This document shows positions 37,603 to 48,005 of a stretch of DNA of 64,000 bases, in pieces. The DNA lies in the NCBI GenBank assembly GCA_034094395.1, contig JAXEAK010000052.1, forward strand, positions 3,557-67,556, in the 5' to 3' direction. The notes under the pieces were generated by a model, which was not told where the DNA came from, ran no database searches, and worked only from the letters and a program-made list of their open reading frames with translations. Source of the stretch: Faecousia sp. Its GTDB lineage: Bacteria > Bacillota > Clostridia > Oscillospirales > Oscillospiraceae. A program made the position numbers and the translations under genes. Each line of letters opens with the position of its first letter. Within the stretch, counting starts at the first letter, position 1.

Positions 37603-39027
37603 ATGAAAAGCTCCTTCAGCCGCAGCTTTTCCACAGCAGCTGCCATATTGCTGGTAGCGCTGACCATTCTGGGCGCATCCTTTCAAATTCAGGTCAACCG
37701 CTTTCTGGCGGATACCTCCATTTCCCGGCTGACCCATGACGCATCGGTGGTGGCCAATCTGGCAGGCGCCTACGGCATGGACGGCAATCTGGCCAGCCGG
37801 GATCTGATGCTGAATCTGGATGTTGTTTCCCAAATCACCAGCGCCGACGTGGTAATCTGCAACAATCAGGGGTATATTATCCTCTATTCCGGCAGTCTCA
37901 ACGGCAGCGACTACGACGGCTGGCAGCTGAATCAGGAATATCTGCAAACGGTGTACGACAATAACGGCTACAGCGCCACCGGCACCATCCGCAACCTCTA
38001 CGACGAGGAGCGCTACGTGGTGTCCGCTCCCATTGTCAACGGCGAGGAGCGGCTGGGAATTGTCATGGTGTCCACCCCCACCGCCGGGACAAAGCAGGTT
38101 CTCAACAAAATTTCCAATATCTTCCTTACCGCCGCCATTTTCGTGGTGCTCATCGCCGTGCTGGGCGTGACAGCCTTCGCCCGGCGGGAGAGCAAGCCCC
38201 TGAAGGAGCTTGCCAAGGCGGCCACCGCCTTCGGTCACGGAGAACTGGACGCCCGGGTAAAGATCGACGAGGACTGCAGCGAGGAAATGGAAGAGCTGGC
38301 GCTGGCCTTCAACAATATGGCCTCCTCCCTGCAAAAGAGCGAGTATCAGCGGCAGGAACTCGTCGCCAACGTATCCCACGAGCTGAAGACTCCCATGACC
38401 ACCATTTCCGGCTATGTAGACGGAATTCTGGACGGCACCATCGCACCGGAGCGGCAGGAGCATTACCTGCGCATCGTCTCCGACGAGACCAAACGCCTGA
38501 GCCGTCTGGTGCGCAGTATGCTGGATATCTCCCAGCTTCAGAAGGAGCAGGGCATCCCCGAGGAGAAGAAAATCCACTTCGATCTTGAGGAATGCGCCGG
38601 TCAGGTGCTGATCACCTTTGAGAAGAAGATCAATGACAAGCATCTGAATGTGAATGTGGATTTCCCGGAGCATCCGGTTTACACCATGGCCAATCAGGAT
38701 TATATCACCCAGGTGATCTATAATCTGCTGGATAATGCGGTAAAGTTCTGCCCCGAGGGTGGAAATCTGGGATTGACCATCCGGGAGGGTGGAAACAAAG
38801 CCTATGTCTCCGTGAGCAACGACGGCGAAACCATTCCGCCGGAGGAGCTTCCTCTGGTCTTCGACCGGTTCCACAAGCTGGACAAATCCCGCTCCCAGAA
38901 CCGGGACGGCTGGGGCTTGGGACTGTATATCGTCAAGACCATCATCTGCTGTCATGGAGAAAATATCTCTGTGTCCTCCAAAGACGGAAAAACCGAATTC
39001 ACCTTCACCATGCCGCTGGTCAATTAA
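37603..39027 (+). CDS. HAMP-domain sensor histidine kinase
   Basis: 2 TM, HAMP, SHELKTP, NLLDNAVK, GWGLGL. Confidence 0.95.
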   Translation: MKSSFSRSFSTAAAILLVALTILGASFQIQVNRFLADTSISRLTHDASVVANLAGAYGMDGNLASRDLMLNLDVVSQITSADVVICNNQGYIILYSGSLNGSDYDGWQLNQEYLQTVYDNNGYSATGTIRNLYDEERYVVSAPIVNGEERLGIVMVSTPTAGTKQVLNKISNIFLTAAIFVVLIAVLGVTAFARRESKPLKELAKAATAFGHGELDARVKIDEDCSEEMEELALAFNNMASSLQKSEYQRQELVANVSHELKTPMTTISGYVDGILDGTIAPERQEHYLRIVSDETKRLSRLVRSMLDISQLQKEQGIPEEKKIHFDLEECAGQVLITFEKKINDKHLNVNVDFPEHPVYTMANQDYITQVIYNLLDNAVKFCPEGGNLGLTIREGGNKAYVSVSNDGETIPPEELPLVFDRFHKLDKSRSQNRDGWGLGLYIVKTIICCHGENISVSSKDGKTEFTFTMPLVN

Positions 39028-39138
39028 ATGCGGAATGAAAAATGATAAATGCAAAAGAAAGGTATCCCTGGGGGATGATTGTATTCATTTTCGGAGAAAT
39101 CCCATTATTTTGCATTCTGCATTTCCCATTTTGCATTT
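39024..39138. repeat. Heptamer-armed palindromic element (AATGCAA/TTGCATT type)
   Basis: AATGCGG-AATGAAA-AATGATA-AATGCAA arms returning as TTGCATT-CTGCATT..TTGCATT. Confidence 0.6.
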
Positions 39139-39153
39139 CAAACGAGGTTATCT

Positions 39154-40425
39154 ATGAGCGAACGAAATCACAATTATCCCGACTGGGATGACAGCGTTTA
39201 CGGCACCGGCCCTACCGAGCCGCCCAAGAGCAGAGGCGCGCTGGTGGCAGTGATGCTGATTCTGATTATCTTCCTGTGCGGAATCGTCACCGTTCTGGGC
39301 ATTCTGAACATCCGGCTGTTCCGGCAGCTGAAAACCGACGACAAACAGCAGGAGCTTGCCATTTCCTTCATCACGGAGCCTACTCAGGCGGTAGTGGAGC
39401 CGGAACCGGCTATCAAAGCCAGCGCACCTGTCACAGACAGGGCTGCTTTTAACTCCATGAATCTTCAGGAGGCACCCAAGGGCGTGGAAAACATTCCCGA
39501 GGGTGGGGGACTGTCCCTGCAGGAGATCTACACCAGAAATATACCCTCCGTGGTGTCCATCTCCTGTCAGGGCAGCCGGGGCAGCTCCTCCGGCACCGGC
39601 GTGGTGCTCTCCGCTGACGGATATCTGGTAACCAATGCCCACGTTGTAGAGGATGCCCTGTCTATCTCCGTTCAGCTGACGGACGACCGAACCTTTTCCG
39701 CCGGACTGGTGGGCTATGACGATATTTCCGATCTGGCCGTGCTGCACATCGACTGCTCCGATTTGACTCCCGCCCAATTTGGGGATTCCTCCACCTTGCG
39801 GGTGGGGGATACGGTGGTAGCCATCGGCGATCCGCTGGGCGTGGAATTCCGGGGCACCTATACCAACGGCATCGTCTCCGCCATCAACCGGGACGTGGAA
39901 GTGAACGGGCGCACCATGACCCTGATCCAGACCAACGCCGCTCTGAATTCCGGCAACTCCGGCGGTCCGCTGATCAACTGCTATGCCCAGGTCATCGGCA
40001 TCAACACCATGAAAATCGGCACCTTCACCGATACCGCCGGCGTGGAGGGTCTGGGCTTCGCCATTCCCAGCGCCCAGGTCAAGGAAATCGTGGATCAGAT
40101 TATGACTCAGGGTTATGTGTCCGGGCGTCCCACACTGGGAATCACCGGTGAAGCGCTGTCCACCTTCTATCAGCACTATTATCGGATGCCGGCGGGACTG
40201 TATATCACTCAGGTAGCCCCGGGCAGCGACGCGGACAGGAAGGGCATTCAGGACGGCGATTTGCTGCTGTATCTGGACAACAATCGGATCACCTCCATGG
40301 ATGAGCTGAAGTCCGCCATCTATAACTGTCAGGTAGGGCAAACCGTGGAGGCCATCATCTACCGCCGGGGACAGCAGTACCGGGTGGAACTGACGCTAAG
40401 TGAGGATACTCCAAACTATGGGTAA
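39154..40425 (+). CDS. htrA: HtrA/DegP-like serine protease with PDZ domain
   Basis: TM, GTGV, VTNAHVV, DLAVL, NSGNSGGPL, C-terminal PDZ. Confidence 0.9.
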   Translation: MSERNHNYPDWDDSVYGTGPTEPPKSRGALVAVMLILIIFLCGIVTVLGILNIRLFRQLKTDDKQQELAISFITEPTQAVVEPEPAIKASAPVTDRAAFNSMNLQEAPKGVENIPEGGGLSLQEIYTRNIPSVVSISCQGSRGSSSGTGVVLSADGYLVTNAHVVEDALSISVQLTDDRTFSAGLVGYDDISDLAVLHIDCSDLTPAQFGDSSTLRVGDTVVAIGDPLGVEFRGTYTNGIVSAINRDVEVNGRTMTLIQTNAALNSGNSGGPLINCYAQVIGINTMKIGTFTDTAGVEGLGFAIPSAQVKEIVDQIMTQGYVSGRPTLGITGEALSTFYQHYYRMPAGLYITQVAPGSDADRKGIQDGDLLLYLDNNRITSMDELKSAIYNCQVGQTVEAIIYRRGQQYRVELTLSEDTPNYG

Positions 40426-40481
40426 ATTCAGTTGAAAGCTATTTTTCATCTGTTCACTATCAACTATCATAAATCGAGGTC

Positions 40482-41222
40482 TTGTCAATGGAACCCATTT
40501 ATCAGGCAAATTTTACCGTCACTGAGCGGGACGTGGACTGCTACGGGCGGCTGACTCCTTCCATGATACTCTTCTATGCCCAGCAGGTAGCAGGAATGCA
40601 CAGTGACCAGTTAACTGTGGGCTATGACGCCCTCCTCAAGCGGCGGATGTTCTGGGCGGTGACCCGGCACAAGGTGCAGATCACCCGTCTGCCCCGGCTG
40701 GGGGAGACCATCCACGTAGAAACCTGGCCCATGCCTACCACCCGGGTAGCTTTCCCCCGATCCATGGTGGCCTACGACGGGGAAGGAAACGAGGTTTTCC
40801 GCTCCATCAGCCTGTGGGTGCTGATGGATCTGGATACCCGGAACATGATTCTCCCCGGCAAGAGCGGCATTTCCGTGGTGGGTACCCTGCGGGGCAACGA
40901 ACTGGCCACGCCCATGGGTCTGCCTGCCCGGGCGCTGCGCAACCGCCGGCAGCGGCAGGTGTGCTTTACCGATCTGGATCGCAACGGACACATGAACAAC
41001 TGCCGGTACTTAGACTGGATCTCCGATCTGCTGCCCAGCGGCTATCACGGGGAGCATGAACTGCGGGAGTTCACCGTGTGCTACCTCAGCGAAGCCCTGG
41101 AGGGTCAGGAACTGGAACTGCGGTGGGACTTCCCCGAGGACGGCTGTATGTACATGGACGCCCACCGCGCCAACGACGCCCAAGACACCCGGGTATTCTC
41201 CGCCCGGCTACTGTTCAGCTGA
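40482..41222 (+). CDS. Acyl-ACP thioesterase
   Basis: Double hotdog fold; DLDRNGHMNNCRY. Confidence 0.88.
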   Translation: MSMEPIYQANFTVTERDVDCYGRLTPSMILFYAQQVAGMHSDQLTVGYDALLKRRMFWAVTRHKVQITRLPRLGETIHVETWPMPTTRVAFPRSMVAYDGEGNEVFRSISLWVLMDLDTRNMILPGKSGISVVGTLRGNELATPMGLPARALRNRRQRQVCFTDLDRNGHMNNCRYLDWISDLLPSGYHGEHELREFTVCYLSEALEGQELELRWDFPEDGCMYMDAHRANDAQDTRVFSARLLFS

Positions 41223-41247
41223 AAAAGTGTTATGTAAATTGTCGAAA

Positions 41248-41363
41248 CTCCACAGCTTTCTGCAAAGCTGTGGAGTTTTTTTGATACCTTCCGGAATTAC
41301 CCTTCCAAATTCACAGGTTTTCCCGCTTCGTCTGTGGAAAAAGCTGTGGAAATTGTGGAAAAG
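41248..41363. promoter_or_regulatory. Cluster of DnaA-box-like sites
   Basis: TCCACAG, CTGTGGAG, TTCACAG and three TGTGGAAA in ~115 bp of intergenic DNA. Confidence 0.6.
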
Positions 41364-41425
41364 TGCTGTTGAGAAAAGGCGGAGATAATTATGAAAACGA
41401 ATTATGTTAACTTTTCTCTCCACGG

Positions 41426-41599
41426 CTAACCATAATACTCGGCATTGTCCATACAATCCACGATTTCTTTCCAATCCGGAAAGCAGTACAGGTAATAATC
41501 ACACTCGTCGCAGGCAATTTCATGATCCGGATTATCACCGTTATGACGGCACAAAATGCCATGATAGCTGGGGGGCAGGATTTCTTCCGGTTCTTCCAT
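41426..41599 (-). CDS. Small Cys-rich hypothetical protein
   Basis: AAGGGAG RBS; PSYHGILCRHNG..IACDECDYYLYCF. Confidence 0.6.
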   Translation of the reverse strand: MEEPEEILPPSYHGILCRHNGDNPDHEIACDECDYYLYCFPDWKEIVDCMDNAEYYG

Positions 41600-41691
41600 T
41601 CCTATCACTCCCTTCATGACAATTATATGTCTTTTTTCGTAGATATGCAATACCACACATACAAAATATAGTGTGTGTGGGAGGCGATATA

Positions 41692-41895
41692 ATGATCAGC
41701 TACGAGCCACTATTTCAGACGATGAAGAAAAAGGGAATCACTTCCTACCGGCTGTTCAAGCTGGGCTTTCCTCAGTCCAATTACTATGCCATAAAACGGG
41801 GAGAGAATCTCTCCACCCATACCATCCATGAGCTGTGCCGGATTCTCGATTGCAATGTTGCCGACATTATGACGTATGTAAAAGAAGAATCATAA
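41692..41895 (+). CDS. Cro/C1 (XRE)-type HTH protein
   Basis: MISYEPLF..KKKGITSYRL..TIHELCRILDCNVADIM; GGAGG RBS. Confidence 0.85.
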   Translation: MISYEPLFQTMKKKGITSYRLFKLGFPQSNYYAIKRGENLSTHTIHELCRILDCNVADIMTYVKEES

Positions 41896-41925
41896 AAAGC
41901 AGGAGTTTGAAAACTCCTGCTTTTT
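41894..41925. terminator. Bidirectional terminator
   Basis: AAAAAGCAGGAGTTT-ga-AAACTCCTGCTTTTT. Confidence 0.8.
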
Positions 41926-41990
41926 CAATATGATACTGCATTGTGCCGATACCGGGCAATCCCCAACGGCGTCCCTGCCTACCCGGCTGC

Positions 41991-43496
41991 TTACTTCACA
42001 TTGGAGGAAGAGCGCAGCGTTACATCATGGGCGCCGCCCTCCACAATGGACACGGAGGAAACCAGCGTCAGCTTGGCGTCCCGCTGCAGGTCGGGGATGT
42101 TGGTCACACCCACGTTGCACATGGTAGAACGAACCTTGTACAGGGAAGCCTCCACGTTGTCGTGCAGGGAACCTGCGTAGGTGACGTAGGAATCCACGCC
42201 CTCCTCGAAGGAAAGCTTGGCGGAGCCGCCAAGGTCGTAGCGCTGCCAGTTCCGGGCACGGTTAGAGCCTTCGCCCCAATATTCCTTCATATACGCACCG
42301 TTAATCATGACCTTGTTGGTAGGAGACTCGTCGAACCGGGCGAAATACCGACCCAGCATCAGGAAGTCCGCGCCCATGGCGAGAGCCAGCGTCATATGAT
42401 AGTCGTGGACAATGCCGCCGTCGGAGCAGATGGGCACATAAATGCCGGTCTCCTTGAAGTACTCGTCCCGGGCTGCGGCAACCTCGATCAGAGCAGTGGC
42501 CTGACCGCGGCCGATGCCCTTGGTCTCCCGGGTGATGCAAATGGAGCCGCCGCCGATGCCGACCTTGACAAAGTCCGCGCCAGCCTTGGCAAGGAACAGG
42601 AAGCCGTCCCGGTCAACCACGTTGCCCGCGCCGATCTTCACGGTGTCGCCGTAGTTCTCCCGCACCCACTTGATGGTCTTTTCCTGCCAGCAGGTGTAGC
42701 CCTCGGAGGAATCGATGACCAGCACGTCCGCACCCGCGTTCAGCAGAGCGGGAATGCGCTGTGCGTAATCCCGGGTGTTGACGCCCGCGCCCACCAGATA
42801 TCGCTTCTTGTCGTCCAGCAGCTCCAGGGGGTTTTCCTTGTGGGAGGAATAGTCCTTGCGGAACACAAAATACAGCAGGTGGTCATTGTCGTCCACAATG
42901 GGCAGGCTGTTCAGTTTGTGCGCCCAGATGATGTCGTTGGCTTCCTTCAGCGTGGTCTCCTTGGGAGCGGTGACCAGCTTACTCCGGGGCGTCATGAAGT
43001 CGCTGACCCGGTCGGTAGGCTCCATGCGGGAAACCCGGTAGTCCCGGCTGGTGACGATGCCCAGAAGCTTGCCGTTGGCGGTGCCGTCGTCGGTAATCGC
43101 GACGGTGGAGAAGCCGTTCTTTGCCTTCAGCGCCAACACGTCGGCAAGTGTGGCATCAGGGGTCAGGTTGGAGGCAGAGGTGACGAATCCGGCCTTGTAG
43201 CCCTTCACCTTTGCCACCATGGCGGCCTGACTTTCAATGGACTGGGAGCCGTAAATAAAGCTGATGCCGCCCTCCTTGGCCAGAGCGATGGCCAGGGTAT
43301 CGTTGGACACGGACTGCATGACGGCAGAGGTCAGAGGCACATTCAAGCTAATGGCTGGCTCTTCCACACCCTTGCGGTACTTGACCAGAGGCGTTCTAAG
43401 GCTGACCCGGTCGGGTGTGCAGTCCTCGGAGGTATAGCCGGGGATGAGCAGGTACTCACTGAAGGTGTGGCTGGGTTCCGGATAGTAGTAAGCCAT
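41991..43496 (-). CDS. guaB: IMP dehydrogenase
   Basis: CBS pair, [28 protein letters not shown]. Confidence 0.95.
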   Translation of the reverse strand: MAYYYPEPSHTFSEYLLIPGYTSEDCTPDRVSLRTPLVKYRKGVEEPAISLNVPLTSAVMQSVSNDTLAIALAKEGGISFIYGSQSIESQAAMVAKVKGYKAGFVTSASNLTPDATLADVLALKAKNGFSTVAITDDGTANGKLLGIVTSRDYRVSRMEPTDRVSDFMTPRSKLVTAPKETTLKEANDIIWAHKLNSLPIVDDNDHLLYFVFRKDYSSHKENPLELLDDKKRYLVGAGVNTRDYAQRIPALLNAGADVLVIDSSEGYTCWQEKTIKWVRENYGDTVKIGAGNVVDRDGFLFLAKAGADFVKVGIGGGSICITRETKGIGRGQATALIEVAAARDEYFKETGIYVPICSDGGIVHDYHMTLALAMGADFLMLGRYFARFDESPTNKVMINGAYMKEYWGEGSNRARNWQRYDLGGSAKLSFEEGVDSYVTYAGSLHDNVEASLYKVRSTMCNVGVTNIPDLQRDAKLTLVSSVSIVEGGAHDVTLRSSSNVK

Positions 43497-43561
43497 GGGG
43501 GTTCCTCCTGTGTATAATATTTGTTTATGATGTTTTATTCTATTATAGATGAAATATACAG

Positions 43562-43656
43562 TAGTTGACAGTGAAGGTGTGCGCTTTGCGCACGATTGAA
43601 ATAATCGCCGAAGGTGAAACCATAACCGTCAACTTTCAACTGTTAACTATCAACTC
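43562..43656. repeat. Heptamer-armed palindromic element
   Basis: AGTTGAC arm, GTGCGC-ttt-GCGCAC and TCGCC-gaa-GGTGA hairpins, GTCAACT/TTCAACT/GTTAACT/ATCAACT arms; reverse relative of 49350-49461. Confidence 0.75.
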
Positions 43657-44577
43657 TCATAGTGTTTTCCCGTCGCCGGCATCCAGTACCTCGGTGACTT
43701 CTTTTCCCTTGGAACTGAGTTTGTGGAAGTTACCCAGAATTTCGCTGACCGGGTTGACAATGGCAAAGGTATCGGGATAGTTGCGGATGATCCGGTTCAC
43801 CGCCGCAATCTGAGTCTTATTCACCACGCACAGCAGTACGCTGGTCTCCCGGCCGGAATACATCCCCTTGCCGGGAATCAGAGTGGTGGTATGGTGAATA
43901 TTTCGGATGATATCCTCGGAAATCTCGTTGGGGTAGTCGGTGACAATTTCAAAAGCAATGGCGGAGCGGCCGGACTTCATCAGCCGCTCACCCACATTGG
44001 TTGACATAAAGCTATAAAGGATGCACAGAATCACCGGCTCCATCTGGTGCCCGTAGACGAAATAGCTGGACACAGCCACCACCGCGTTCAGTACAAAGGA
44101 AATGCCCAGTACGCTCTTCTCCGGGGCGTACTTGTGCACGATGGCGGAAACGAAATCCGTACCGCCGGTGTAGGCACTGGCCTTTACCAGAATGGAGTAG
44201 ACATAACCCTGGATCACACCGGCCACCAGCGGCCCCAGAATTTTACTGGTACCATTCTCCGTGACATAGGCATAGGGACTGAGATCCACGTGATCCAGCA
44301 GCAGCAGTCCCAGAGAGAAGGTAACCACATACACCATGCTCCGCAGGGCAATGGGTTTGCTGACCTTTATGTAACACATCAGAGCCAGAGGCACATTTAC
44401 AATCAGACTCAGGTAACCCACACTGATATGGGTCACGTACTGGATCATGGTGCAGATGCCGTTGATGCCGGCAGGCGCGAACTGGTTGGGGAAAACGAAC
44501 AATTCATAGTTCACAGACGCAAGCAGCGCGACCGCCGCAATGACCAGATATGTCCATGCTTTTTTGAGATTTCGCAT
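43657..44577 (-). CDS. YitT-family membrane protein
   Basis: APAGINGI, NVPL, TGGTD, GKGMYSG. Confidence 0.88.
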   Translation of the reverse strand: MRNLKKAWTYLVIAAVALLASVNYELFVFPNQFAPAGINGICTMIQYVTHISVGYLSLIVNVPLALMCYIKVSKPIALRSMVYVVTFSLGLLLLDHVDLSPYAYVTENGTSKILGPLVAGVIQGYVYSILVKASAYTGGTDFVSAIVHKYAPEKSVLGISFVLNAVVAVSSYFVYGHQMEPVILCILYSFMSTNVGERLMKSGRSAIAFEIVTDYPNEISEDIIRNIHHTTTLIPGKGMYSGRETSVLLCVVNKTQIAAVNRIIRNYPDTFAIVNPVSEILGNFHKLSSKGKEVTEVLDAGDGKTL

Positions 44578-44626
44578 CGTATGTTCCTTCGGAAAATATA
44601 AAATGTAAGAAACCAGTGACAAGCTA

Positions 44627-44850
44627 CATTCGCCGGCGGCCTTGCCTTTTCCTAGGGTTTCTTTGCGGTATTGTTTCCGATACCGAGCCTTACCCTATGG
44701 TGTTGCGAATACAAACCAGCCGTGCACGCATTTGCCGGCAGCCTTGCCTTTTCCTAAGGTTTCTTTGCGGTATTGTTTCCGATACCGAGCCTTACCCTAT
44801 GGTGTTGCGTATACAGACCAGCCGTGCACGCATTTGCCGGCGGCCTTGCC
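44627..44850 (+). repeat. 102-bp tandem repeat (2.2 copies) containing the CGATACCGAGC dispersed element
   Basis: Near-identical units start at 44627, 44729 and 44831 (partial). Confidence 0.92.
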
Positions 44851-45045
44851 GCCTGCTTAATCATAAATTCTAACATAGCTTTTTTTCCCGGTCAAGGCGC
44901 AAAGTGACGAAAAAATCACCCCCAAAAATAGGCTTTGTGGGGGGTATGTCCAGCCGTCCGCAAAGGATGTACGTTTGTCCGTCAAAATGCAGCGGTTTCC
45001 CGGGGATTTCGTTGGATCCTACCCTTAATTTTCCCTAAAAATCCC

Positions 45046-45074
45046 TTGTGTTTTCTGGTGAAATGTGATAAAAT
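45046..45074 (+). promoter_or_regulatory. Probable dnaA promoter
   Basis: TTGTGT-17 nt-TAAAAT with extended TG. Confidence 0.55.
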
Positions 45075-45155
45075 TTAGGGTGAAAGAATATGCCCGGAAT
45101 CTGGTTTTCCCCTTCCTTTCCGGGTGAATGAAACCTTATGGAAAGGAGCCGGAGT

Positions 45156-46469
45156 ATGTATTCATCCGCCTATGTATGGGCAAAGGTTTTAAGCTATATC
45201 GAAGAGCGGCTGGGCGCCGTAACCATCTCCGCCTGGCTGGATGACGCGGAGGTTGTAGAGCTGAACGAAAATAATCTGATTCTCTATTCCCCCTCGGATT
45301 TCCGCCGGGAGATTATCCGCCGCCGTTGCACCGATCTGATTCAGGACGCTCTGAAGGAAATCTTCAATTCCGACGCCAAGCTTCTGGTCTACGGCGACGA
45401 GGAGATGAACGCCAGAAAAGCCAAAGGCAAATCTCCCACCGCCATGGACTTTAACCCCCAATTTACCTTCGACAATTTTGTGGTAGGTCCCAGTAACCGG
45501 TTTGCCTATTCCGCCGCTGTCGCCGTTTCCAAGACCCCGGGACAGGTGTATAACCCCCTGTTCATCTATGGCCCTCCCGGCGTAGGCAAAACCCACCTGC
45601 TCTACGCCATTGCAAACGGTATCCGCAAGGAAAATCCCGACGCCAACATCGTCTACATCAAGGGCGACCAATTCACCAACGAACTGATCGACGCCATTAA
45701 AAACGGCCGGAATATTGAGTTCCGCAGCAAGTACCGGGAAGCCGACCTGTTTCTGGTGGATGATATTCAGTTCATCGCCGGCAAGGAATCCACCCAGGAA
45801 GAATTTTTCCATACCTTCAATAAGCTCTACGAGGAACATAAACAGATCGTCCTGACCTCCGACCGGAAGCCAGACGATATGCTTACTCTGGAGGAGCGTC
45901 TGCGCAGCCGGTTCCTTTGGGGTTTGACCGCGGACATCAACCCTCCGGATTATGAGACCCGCATGGCAATTCTCAAGAACAAGGCTAAGCAGCTGGGTCT
46001 GGAGCTTCCCGACGATGTGTGCAACTACATCGCCGTGAACATCACCAGCAACGTCCGGCAGATTGAAGGCACGGTGAAGAAAATTCTGGCCTATCGGGAC
46101 TTGAACAATATGCCGCTGGATCTTTCTCACATCTCCCGCGCCATTGATGATATGTTCAAGAGTGAGGGAAACGCCCTGCCCACTCCCGGCCTGATTATCA
46201 CGCAGGTGTGCAAGTTCTACAACGTGGACGAATCCGTGCTCCGGGGCACCCAAAAGACCAAGGGCACCTCCGAAGCCCGACAGACCGCCATGTATCTCAT
46301 CCGTAAACTGACCAACCTGAGCCTTCCCGACATTGGCAAGGAATTCGGTAAGGATCATTCTACCGTATTGTACGCCATCCGGAAAGTCGAAGTCGCGCTG
46401 AAAAACGGCGATACCACCGTGCAGAACAACATTCGGGATATTACGGCGAACATCAACTCCTGCCTGTGA
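45156..46469 (+). CDS. dnaA: Chromosomal replication initiator
   Basis: FTFDNFVVG, YNPLFIYGPPGVGKTHLL, DDIQF, QEEFFHTFN, KDHSTV. Confidence 0.98.
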   Translation: MYSSAYVWAKVLSYIEERLGAVTISAWLDDAEVVELNENNLILYSPSDFRREIIRRRCTDLIQDALKEIFNSDAKLLVYGDEEMNARKAKGKSPTAMDFNPQFTFDNFVVGPSNRFAYSAAVAVSKTPGQVYNPLFIYGPPGVGKTHLLYAIANGIRKENPDANIVYIKGDQFTNELIDAIKNGRNIEFRSKYREADLFLVDDIQFIAGKESTQEEFFHTFNKLYEEHKQIVLTSDRKPDDMLTLEERLRSRFLWGLTADINPPDYETRMAILKNKAKQLGLELPDDVCNYIAVNITSNVRQIEGTVKKILAYRDLNNMPLDLSHISRAIDDMFKSEGNALPTPGLIITQVCKFYNVDESVLRGTQKTKGTSEARQTAMYLIRKLTNLSLPDIGKEFGKDHSTVLYAIRKVEVALKNGDTTVQNNIRDITANINSCL

Positions 46470-46470
46470 G

Positions 46471-46556
46471 CGGCGCGTCGCCGCAGACAATACGTGCGCA
46501 AGCTCTATGTAATCGCTACGCCATTGGGCACGCATTGGCTGACCGCCCTGCGGTCT
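46471..46556. repeat. Dispersed element (inverted copy fused to a forward end)
   Basis: Reverse complement of 46471-46530 matches CCCAATGGCGTAGCGA..GCACGCATTGTC.GCGGC of 54833-55020. Confidence 0.7.
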
Positions 46557-46775
46557 CCACAGGGGCTGTGGAATGTGGAAAACTTTCCTGTGGATAACTG
46601 AGCCTGTAAAAGTTCCTCCACAGCGGCTGTGGATAGCTGTGGACAAACCAGCAGGGTGTTGTGGAAAAAAAGTGGTTGCCACTCTAGGGCAAATCGGACT
46701 TTTCCACATAAGTTTTCCCTAATACTGTTAATACTACCTGAACTTATCTATGGATAGAGATATCTGTAAATCTGA
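46556..46775. other. oriC: Origin of replication oriC (dnaA-dnaN intergenic)
   Basis: Perfect TGTGGATAA at 46589 plus several near-consensus DnaA boxes; TTTTCCACA followed by trio-like TAATACTGTTAATACTAC and an AT-rich tract. Confidence 0.88.
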
Positions 46776-46795
46776 ACCAAGAAAGGAACCTGAGT

Positions 46796-47905
46796 ATGCG
46801 CTTTACCTGTGAAAAAAGTATGCTGGTAACAGGACTGAATATCGCCGGACGAACCGTGGCGCAGAAGAGCAGTCTCTCCATCATCGAAGGCATTCTATGC
46901 AAGGCAGAAGTTGGCTTAAGCCTGACGGGCTACAATATGGAAACGGCCATTACCTATGACATCGACGCGGAAGTCACCGAGCCCGGCGAATGCATCCTGC
47001 CTGCCAAGCTGTTCGGCGATATTGTCCGCCGCCTGCCGGAGGGGCCGGTGACCGTAGTGGTGGGAGAAAATTATAAGGTGTCCATTCGGGCAGGCTTTGC
47101 CTCCTTCACCATTTCCGCCGAGTCCGCCGAGGATTACCCGGAACTGCCTGATGTGAACAGCGGCCGCCCGGTAAAGTTGCCCCAAAGCGCCCTGAAGGAG
47201 TTGATTTCCGGAACCATCTTCGCCGTGTCCGAGAATCAGGGACGTCCCATCCATACCGGCGTAAAATTTGAGGTCACCGACGACGCTATCACCGCCGTTG
47301 CCGTGGACGGCTTCCGTCTTGCCCGGCGCACCTACCATCCGGAGGAGGGTACCGGACGGGAGATGAACTTTGTGGTGCCTTCTCCCGGACTGAAGGAAGT
47401 GGAAAAAATCGTTACCGACGTGGAGGATATGGCATCCTTCACCTTGGGTTCCAAGCACATTCTGTTTCAGATCGGCAAGGCGACATTGGTTTGCCGGCTT
47501 TTGGAAGGGGAATTTCTGGATTGGCGACGGGTGGTGCCTACCAACTGTCCCATTCGTCTGGTCGCCCATGTGGGAGATCTGGCGTCTTCCGTGGAACGCG
47601 TCGGCCTGATTGTGTCTGAGAAGTACAAAAGCCCGGTACGCTGCATCTTCGGGAACAATGAACTGGTCATGCGCACCAGTACCACCATCGGTGTTGCGGA
47701 GGATAAGTGCAGCTTTGCCGGTGACGGCAAGGAATTGGAAATCGGCTTCAACGTCCGCTATCTTGCCGACGCTCTGCGGGTGATTCCCAGCGAGGAGGTT
47801 ACGCTGGAGCTGACCAACGGTTTGAGTCCCATCGTTCTGACCCCGGCGGATGAAAAGCACGACTTTGCCTATATGGTGCTGCCTGTCCGGATTAAGAACG
47901 GCTAA
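46796..47905 (+). CDS. dnaN: DNA polymerase III beta clamp
   Basis: DYPELP, AVDGFRLA, RLLEGEF, IGFNVRYL, MVLPVR; follows dnaA. Confidence 0.97.
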   Translation: MRFTCEKSMLVTGLNIAGRTVAQKSSLSIIEGILCKAEVGLSLTGYNMETAITYDIDAEVTEPGECILPAKLFGDIVRRLPEGPVTVVVGENYKVSIRAGFASFTISAESAEDYPELPDVNSGRPVKLPQSALKELISGTIFAVSENQGRPIHTGVKFEVTDDAITAVAVDGFRLARRTYHPEEGTGREMNFVVPSPGLKEVEKIVTDVEDMASFTLGSKHILFQIGKATLVCRLLEGEFLDWRRVVPTNCPIRLVAHVGDLASSVERVGLIVSEKYKSPVRCIFGNNELVMRTSTTIGVAEDKCSFAGDGKELEIGFNVRYLADALRVIPSEEVTLELTNGLSPIVLTPADEKHDFAYMVLPVRIKNG

Positions 47906-47985
47906 GGCCGCAGGGCGGCCAGCCAATGCGTGCCAGACTGGTCTGTATTTGTAACGCGATTGGGTACAGCTCGGTATCGCTACCT
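47905..47985 (-). repeat. CGATACCGAGC dispersed element
   Basis: Reverse complement reads GGTAGCGATACCGAGCTGTACCCAATCGCGT..CAGACCAG..GCACGCATTGGCTGGCCGC. Confidence 0.8.
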
Positions 47986-48005
47986 GTATGAATGAAGAGG
48001 TTTGT

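Noticed and set aside
43497-43656. Purine riboswitch upstream of guaB
   Set aside because: The region is occupied by a heptamer element and an AT-rich promoter; no purine aptamer core.
44627-44850. Tandem repeats here and at 54833-55020 as a CRISPR array
   Set aside because: Only two long near-identical units, no series of unique spacers and no cas genes.
44616-44873. 85-aa and 72-aa ORFs over the 102-bp repeat
   Set aside because: They result from a unit length divisible by three; no RBS, and the same element is non-coding elsewhere.
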